28,442 nucleotides of DNA from Ginkgo biloba (taxonomy: Eukaryota; Plantae; Ginkgophyta): the NCBI GenBank assembly GCA_024626585.2, contig JANKJI020000004.1, positions 77,799,559-77,828,000 on the forward strand, written 5' to 3'. Within the stretch, counting starts at the first letter, position 1. Each line of letters begins with the position of its first letter. Shown in pieces: positions 22,830 through 28,442 of this stretch. The position numbers were made by a program, and so were the translations under genes. The notes beneath the pieces are model-generated. The model saw nothing but the letters and a program-made list of their open reading frames with translations, had not been told where the DNA came from and did not search any database.

Positions 22830-23900
22830 CTTCAATTATTATGGAGCGAATTGGGGTTTACTCTTCCCCGATAACCATCTCCATATCTGGTTCTTCTAAA
22901 TTGTCAAGAACCTTGTCCAATAATTGGCTAGGGGGAGTGATTTTCTAAGGAACATTTATATAATTCCTCTCTTTCACTGGCTGCCAAAAAATCTTTGATT
23001 GCCACCTTTAGATCTCCCTCTAGAAACATATCTTCCTAGGGGTCATTGAAAGAAATTGATAGTGAGGGAATTATAGGACTTCCACTGGTGACTTCGACTA
23101 CTAGTGTAATTGTTGGACTTGGAAGATCTATGGTGGGTGAGTTCAAGTCTAGCCCCATTCATTGAGGTTGGCTAGAACTTGTGACTATTTCTTGCACAAA
23201 GTTTGAGTCCTCTGTACCTTTTGAATCCTTGTCCTCCTTAGTGGGATCTAAAGTGTTATCCTTACCCTCCAGTTCCTGTTAAAAAACAAGTTTCTCCCCC
23301 TTCTTGTTGCTTGGGTGCTCCATTGGGAATTGTCTCCACCGCATACTAGATAAGGCTCCATGATGAACCTACTCTATGGTGGTACCCAAGGCATTGTAAT
23401 AAAATCCTATCAGATATAGTGAGAGATTGAACCATAGGATGAGTTGGTTTATAAGGTCTCAAATATTTGGTGCAATTTTGTAACGAGGAACTTGTGCTAG
23501 TTATAGCGCTTTCTTTGCGACAATCCTTCCAAGTAGGGTACCAACCACATTGGAAGATCATTGCACCTTTTCTCCTCGAACAACCCAGGACATAAAAGGG
23601 CTACCACCATTAGGAGTTCCTTTGTCTTGAAGCTGTGAATCTTAATGCCCCTATCTCTCTGTGACCTATCATCCAAATCATCAACCATATAGAGGTTTTG
23701 AGTCCAACTCCTCTTCTACTTGGAATTAACCTAGGACAAGTGACCTCCTCCTCCTCCCCATCATTAGGGAGAGACAACAATCATTTGAAATCCTAAGGTT
23801 TGCAGGAAATCTACACTCATCTGATCCGTGGAACTTAGACCTTGGGGTCATAACCCCTCACCATTTGCTTCAAGACCTTTGAAAGCTTTGCCAACACTAG
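22830..23900 (-). mobile_element. Possible decayed LINE ORF1-like relic
   Basis: Purine-rich minus strand with weak traces (NVVGTLLGRIV; Cys/His cluster QCLGYHH). No motif fully intact. Confidence 0.3.
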
Positions 23901-24240
23901 AATTGTGATACCCTATGCAAACCCCAATTTTTGATCCATGGTAGGATATAACTCGAAAAGAGTGAGAACATTGTGTAGGCTTGATAAATTAGGATAGTTA
24001 GAGTGCAGGTAAATTTTATGCAAATCTATGCACTTTTGGGGCAGGAATTTTACATAATCAAAATGTAGATGAGAGTTTTGCAACGATGTCATTTTTGAAA
24101 AATGGAGTACGTACACAAAATTTATGGCCTTGGGAATTTGGCCCATGAAAACTGCCAAAAAGTAGTCTTGCAATTGAAGTGTTAGCTTTGTAACCAAAAT
24201 GTTGCTTTGATGGAATACGAACCTTTGCTACTGCATCCAG

Positions 24241-24349
24241 AGACCAAAGATGGCACTACAATTGAAGACCAATAGTGGTGCCACAATCTAAGACCAATAG
24301 TGGTGTTGCAACCGAAGATCAACTAGCGGTGCTATAATTGAAGACCAAC
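24241..24349. repeat. Degenerate ~25-bp tandem repeat, ~4 copies
   Basis: Consensus approximately GAAGACCAATAGTGGTGCYACAATT, recurring every 24-26 bp. Confidence 0.8.
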
Positions 24350-25142
24350 AGATACAATAAAGGGAAACTGTAAATTCTAATGAAGAGGATTTTTGTCTTT
24401 TTCATCTAGTTGACTAAAACATTTATGAAGGATAAGTTAGTAGAAAAGAATACAAATGAAGGGTTTGTGACCTATTTTCTCCTTTATTTTAATCATTTTT
24501 CTATATAACTGTTATTGGTTGTTGAAATTATTTCAACAAGACCATGAGATGTTATACACCAAAAATTCAGAGAATGTAGCGGTAAAAATTAGATTTATTT
24601 CAAACCATAAATCACCATTTATTCTTAAGAGAAACTTAGAACCAATTCCCAATAACATAAGCAAAACATTCCACAGTACAAGCACATGATAGTTGATTAT
24701 TTCACTAATAATTAAAGTTGAAAACAATCATGAAAAAAACCACATATTTTGTTGAAATTATTGCATAAAAACAATCACTTACATATAGTTGGCAACCCCC
24801 TTCAATGTTGCAATTAATGCATTAATTGCAATAGTACTTGGGCATTTATTATTGCAGTAATTTCTCTTNNNNNNNNNNNNNNNNNNNNNNNNNNNNNNNN
24901 NNNNNNNNNNNNNNNNNNNNNNNNNNNNNNNNNNNNNNNNNNNNNNNNNNNNNNNNNNNNNNNNNNNNGACAATGGCAATGGTAATGGAAATTGAAGGTT
25001 TTTTTAACTTGAATCTAAGGATAAATGAATCCATCTATTTAGATAGTCTTAATCATTCACATAACATTTACCGGAAGATAAAGATGGCGTAATAACAATA
25101 CAAATACCATAAGAGAATGTGAATTAGAATGAAAATATTTGA

Positions 25143-25394
25143 GAAGCATTGGAAGGAAAAATAATGGAGGTCCTCCAAAAATTTCCTTCCATTTCCATTA
25201 CACAAGTTGAACATAAATTAGTTTTGGAAGATGTATGATATATTTGCCATAATTTATTATTTGAACATCATAAAAAACTCCAACTCATCATAAAGCAATT
25301 TCCATGCCATCACCTCTTTCATGCCAATTGTATTTCCAAATGGCTTCTACAAAGTCTCACCTATCCCACATGTTGTGATCCCCTCACTCGATGA
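25143..25394 (+). pseudogene. RING-H2 (C3H2C3) E3 ubiquitin ligase pseudogene fragment
   Basis: Frame +3: EALEGKIMEVLQKFPSISITQVEHKLVLEDV*YICHNLLFEHHKKLQLIIKQFPCHHLFHANCISKWLLQSLTYPTCCDPLTR*. It has the PCxHxFHxxCIxxW...P.C spacing; Cys1 is mutated to TGA and Cys7 to Tyr. Confidence 0.85.
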
Positions 25395-25599
25395 TTCCTT
25401 TCATTCCCATCAACTACTAATATGTACTTCAACTTTGTTCGTACATTAATCTATTTGGATTGTACATATATGCATAAAATAAACATTGTTCTACCTATAT
25501 ACATAATATAAACATTTTTCATATATAAAATATAAAATACAAGTTATATATAAGCATATTTTAGATATAAACAAATGATTTTTTATAGGATTTAGTTAT

Positions 25600-26830
25600 C
25601 AGGAAGAGATAAGGAAAAGGTAGGGGCATCTCATGCCTAGGTAATGATGTAATTAATGTATAAATCCCACCCCAAAATCTAATTAAAAAAAAGGTTTTAA
25701 GTGGAGATGGAGAAAAGGAAGGGGAACAATAATGATCATAATAGATAGATGTGGCCAAGATCTCCTTCTTGATTGAATGAAATGAACTCAAATTTATGTT
25801 TTCCTCTCACATCAATAGAGCTTCCGATGAATCTCTTGGCATGAAATTTTATGCATCCTTCCATTTATTTAGGTCCCTCCTAATCAATGTATATTTGGAA
25901 AACTATAATTCTTGTAAGGTATATCATACTCCCTCATTATGTAAGCCTCTATTGATTTATATAAAATCATGAATGGTTTTGATGGGTGAAGTCTCAGTGT
26001 CTCCTTCACCATCAATTCTAAATACTCCAAATGGTGTAAATCAAACTCCACTCTTCATTCCATTCATATCATGATATCTAACTCTCACTATAATTTTTTC
26101 ATAATGGAAGGGTTCTTAAACACTTTATATATTAGCTAATCTAATTTCCCAATAGTTAATATATCCTGTTAATAAATTATATATTCATCGAGGAAATCCA
26201 AACAAATAAATATTTGAATACACTCACAATTGCATTCATCTTTAGAGATTTCAAGTAACACATCAACTAACTCTTTGATAGGGAGAGTCTAGTCAAGTTG
26301 ATGCTCTTATTTTACTCTATCAAATAATGGTATTCAAGGTCTTATAAACACTCCTTGGTGATGTATGATGTACCTTATGGTGGAGGAATTAATTAAACCT
26401 TTGGATTACAGAAGTGTTGATAAAAAACCAAGGCATAGTCTTATCTTTTTGTCTCTTTCTATCCTCTAAACTCTATTATAAATCCTCTCTATACATCTAT
26501 ATGGCCCTATCCTTATCAACAATAAGTTATTCTATTAAAATTGAGTCTATACAAAACTAAAGAAAAGGCACGATGATTCTTAAGTGTGTTGCATATTTTC
26601 TTGACTCCATAGTGTGTTGTCTTAGCGCACCACCATAAATTTTTCTTAATTCTATAATTCATGCATGAAGATCCACCACACATTTTGAGTGTGTATGAAT
26701 CTTAAGAAAGTGACTCATCAAAACTTGAGAAGCTATCACATGCTCGTACAGTCCCTTAAAAAAGATTTTAAGACACATAAAGATTCTCTTAAGAAGTCAA
26801 CAATCTAATCACTCAAAGAATATAATAAAA
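25600..26830 (-). pseudogene. Cytochrome P450 pseudogene, CYP71 clan (A-type; CYP736/CYP750-like), two exons
   Basis: Ordered minus-strand motifs: VIASQVLMSHFLKIH, KKICNTL, KELVDVLLE, a GTGAGT...TAACAG intron (26227-26166), DILTIG, VFKNPSIMKKL**ELD, DLHHLEYLELMVKETLRLHP (ExxR, ~25983-26042), REYDIP, IRRDLNKW, NFMP/RFIGSSIDVRG (PERF) and FEFISF..RRSWP (destroyed heme motif). Many stops and frameshifts. Confidence 0.92.
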
Positions 26831-27356
26831 GATCTCATTAAACTCAAAGATTAGAGAAAGAAAAATGAGCTCTATTTTTTACAAATTGTAATAATATAAT
26901 ATGAAAAGATACAATTATGTGTGAGAACAAAATTTATGGCTCTTTTATATAAAATTCATAGGATATACATATAAACATAATCCCTATTAAAAAATGTGCT
27001 TATGCACACTCTATATCCCATGAATAGATGCATACTAACTTAGGCATGTTTTACAATAATAACATGCCAGTGCACATTCTCTATCCTAAAATGGTATCCA
27101 TTAAAGGATCCAATATAATGAGCTTCCAAAATGAAGGGAAACTATAAATTGAAAAAAATAATTATAAATAAAAATTGTAAATAATTATCTCATAGGATTA
27201 CTATATACATAATCCTCCCTAAGAATACTCATGGCCATAGTCCCTTTGCTATGAAATACCCCATGGGACCATAGGATAACTCCCTCCTAGTCATGGCATA
27301 TTACTTCCTCCCCTTAAGGAAGAAGTGGATCCCATTTCTTAACCTAATCTATCAAG

Positions 27357-27968
27357 TGTTAAAACTATCTCCTTAACCTATCTAAAGTAATTTATCTTCG
27401 AGTCTTTAAACTTAACTTAGAACCCTCCCTAAGTGTATCCAAAATAAATTGTTATAGAATAAAGTCAACAAATAACCATAAATATTACTCCAAATGATAT
27501 AAAATATAGAATAATATCATAATACATGAAATACATACATAATAGAAGAAATGTATACGTCTAAATTCTACAATAATGCAATCGATCAAGAGAGAGATAA
27601 CACTCTACTATCAAAGATGGAGAAGAAGAACTATGTTTTCAAGTAGAAGAGGGAAGCACTCTACTTTTCCAAGTAGTAAGAGGAGAACTCTTCTCCTAAA
27701 ATATAAGTTCTCATAAGGAGAACAAGAAATAATAGTCAATGAATGAATGATGAGAAGAAATGAGAGAGAATATTCTTTTATAGGATAAATGAAGGGTACT
27801 TTACTCCAAGGGTCATACCTCTTCAATTGTAGGCTCCAACTCACTTATAAAAATTCTACGTGTCCCTTAAGTTAGAGCGCCTTATTTTAGGAATTTTCTT
27901 AATATTATTTGTCCCTTATTTTGACATTTATTAAGAGATACTTAGTTTGGGGCCCAATTAAGGCCACA
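27357..27968 (-). mobile_element. Possible LTR (~610 bp)
   Basis: Minus strand starts TGTGGCCTTAATTGGGCCC and ends TTTTAACA, with TTTTATAAG followed by a CT-rich leader, in U3-R-U5-like order. No TSD or clear PBS. Confidence 0.4.
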
Positions 27969-28442
27969 AATGGAATTTTTAAGCCTTTTTGTGCATTTAC
28001 ACAACAATTTAATTACCAAGCATATATCTTGCCAAACAAAAACCTTGAGCGTCCTCACTCAATATGCTAATAAATTGCCTATGCTTGGGTATTTGCTAAA
28101 ATTTTCAAAATTTGTTGCCAATGCCATCTCCCTCCCTCAAAAATTTTATCAACTTCTACATGATTTTGTGTATTGTCATTGACCTTGTGTACTTTGTCCT
28201 TGCATAGGATAGTTGTGGTATGTGATGCTGGTTTGTTCTTTCTAGCTATCTTTAGACTTAAGTTGACCACAACTCAATTGGCCCTTGGTCATCAAGGATG
28301 CAATATTACCCCACAATTGCTTGTAGATAGTTCAAAACTTGCAACAATAATAATGGGCTAAATCCATATCGACGCCTTGTGATTTGTATCTCAGTGGGAA
28401 AGTCAGAATTTTCCAATGTAATTAACTATAGATCCTTGAATT

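Noticed and set aside
24241-24349. Regularly spaced ~25-bp repeats as a CRISPR-like array
   Set aside because: Units are contiguous degenerate tandem copies without unique spacers; the context is eukaryotic and no cas genes are present.

Overview
AT-rich, gap-ridden eukaryotic draft sequence that reads as a large-genome land plant, most likely a gymnosperm (inferred from repeat style and gene families, not proven). None of the ORFs in the supplied track is a credible intact gene. The only apparently functional coding sequence is one 42-nt microexon (19294-19335, +) encoding (E)LCEGGELLDRILA(K) of a CDPK/CRK-family kinase, most like group IV CPK16/18/28. No neighbouring exon is visible, so the window is probably two giant introns. 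These are filled with layered, decayed mobile DNA: several L1-type LINE relics, Ty3/gypsy gag and integrase relics, a long decayed retroelement-type accessory ORF, a ~2-kb non-autonomous LTR element with PBS and PPT, and a ~270-bp dispersed repeat. Two host-gene fossils missed by the ORF track lie tail-to-tail near the 3' end: a RING-H2 E3 ligase pseudogene (+) and a CYP71-clan cytochrome P450 pseudogene (-) that retains its conserved intron. I see no convincing novel multi-gene system. The best leads are the microexon/giant-intron architecture, the nested pseudogene pair, the accessory ORF and the small LTR element. All motif matches were made by eye from manual translation.
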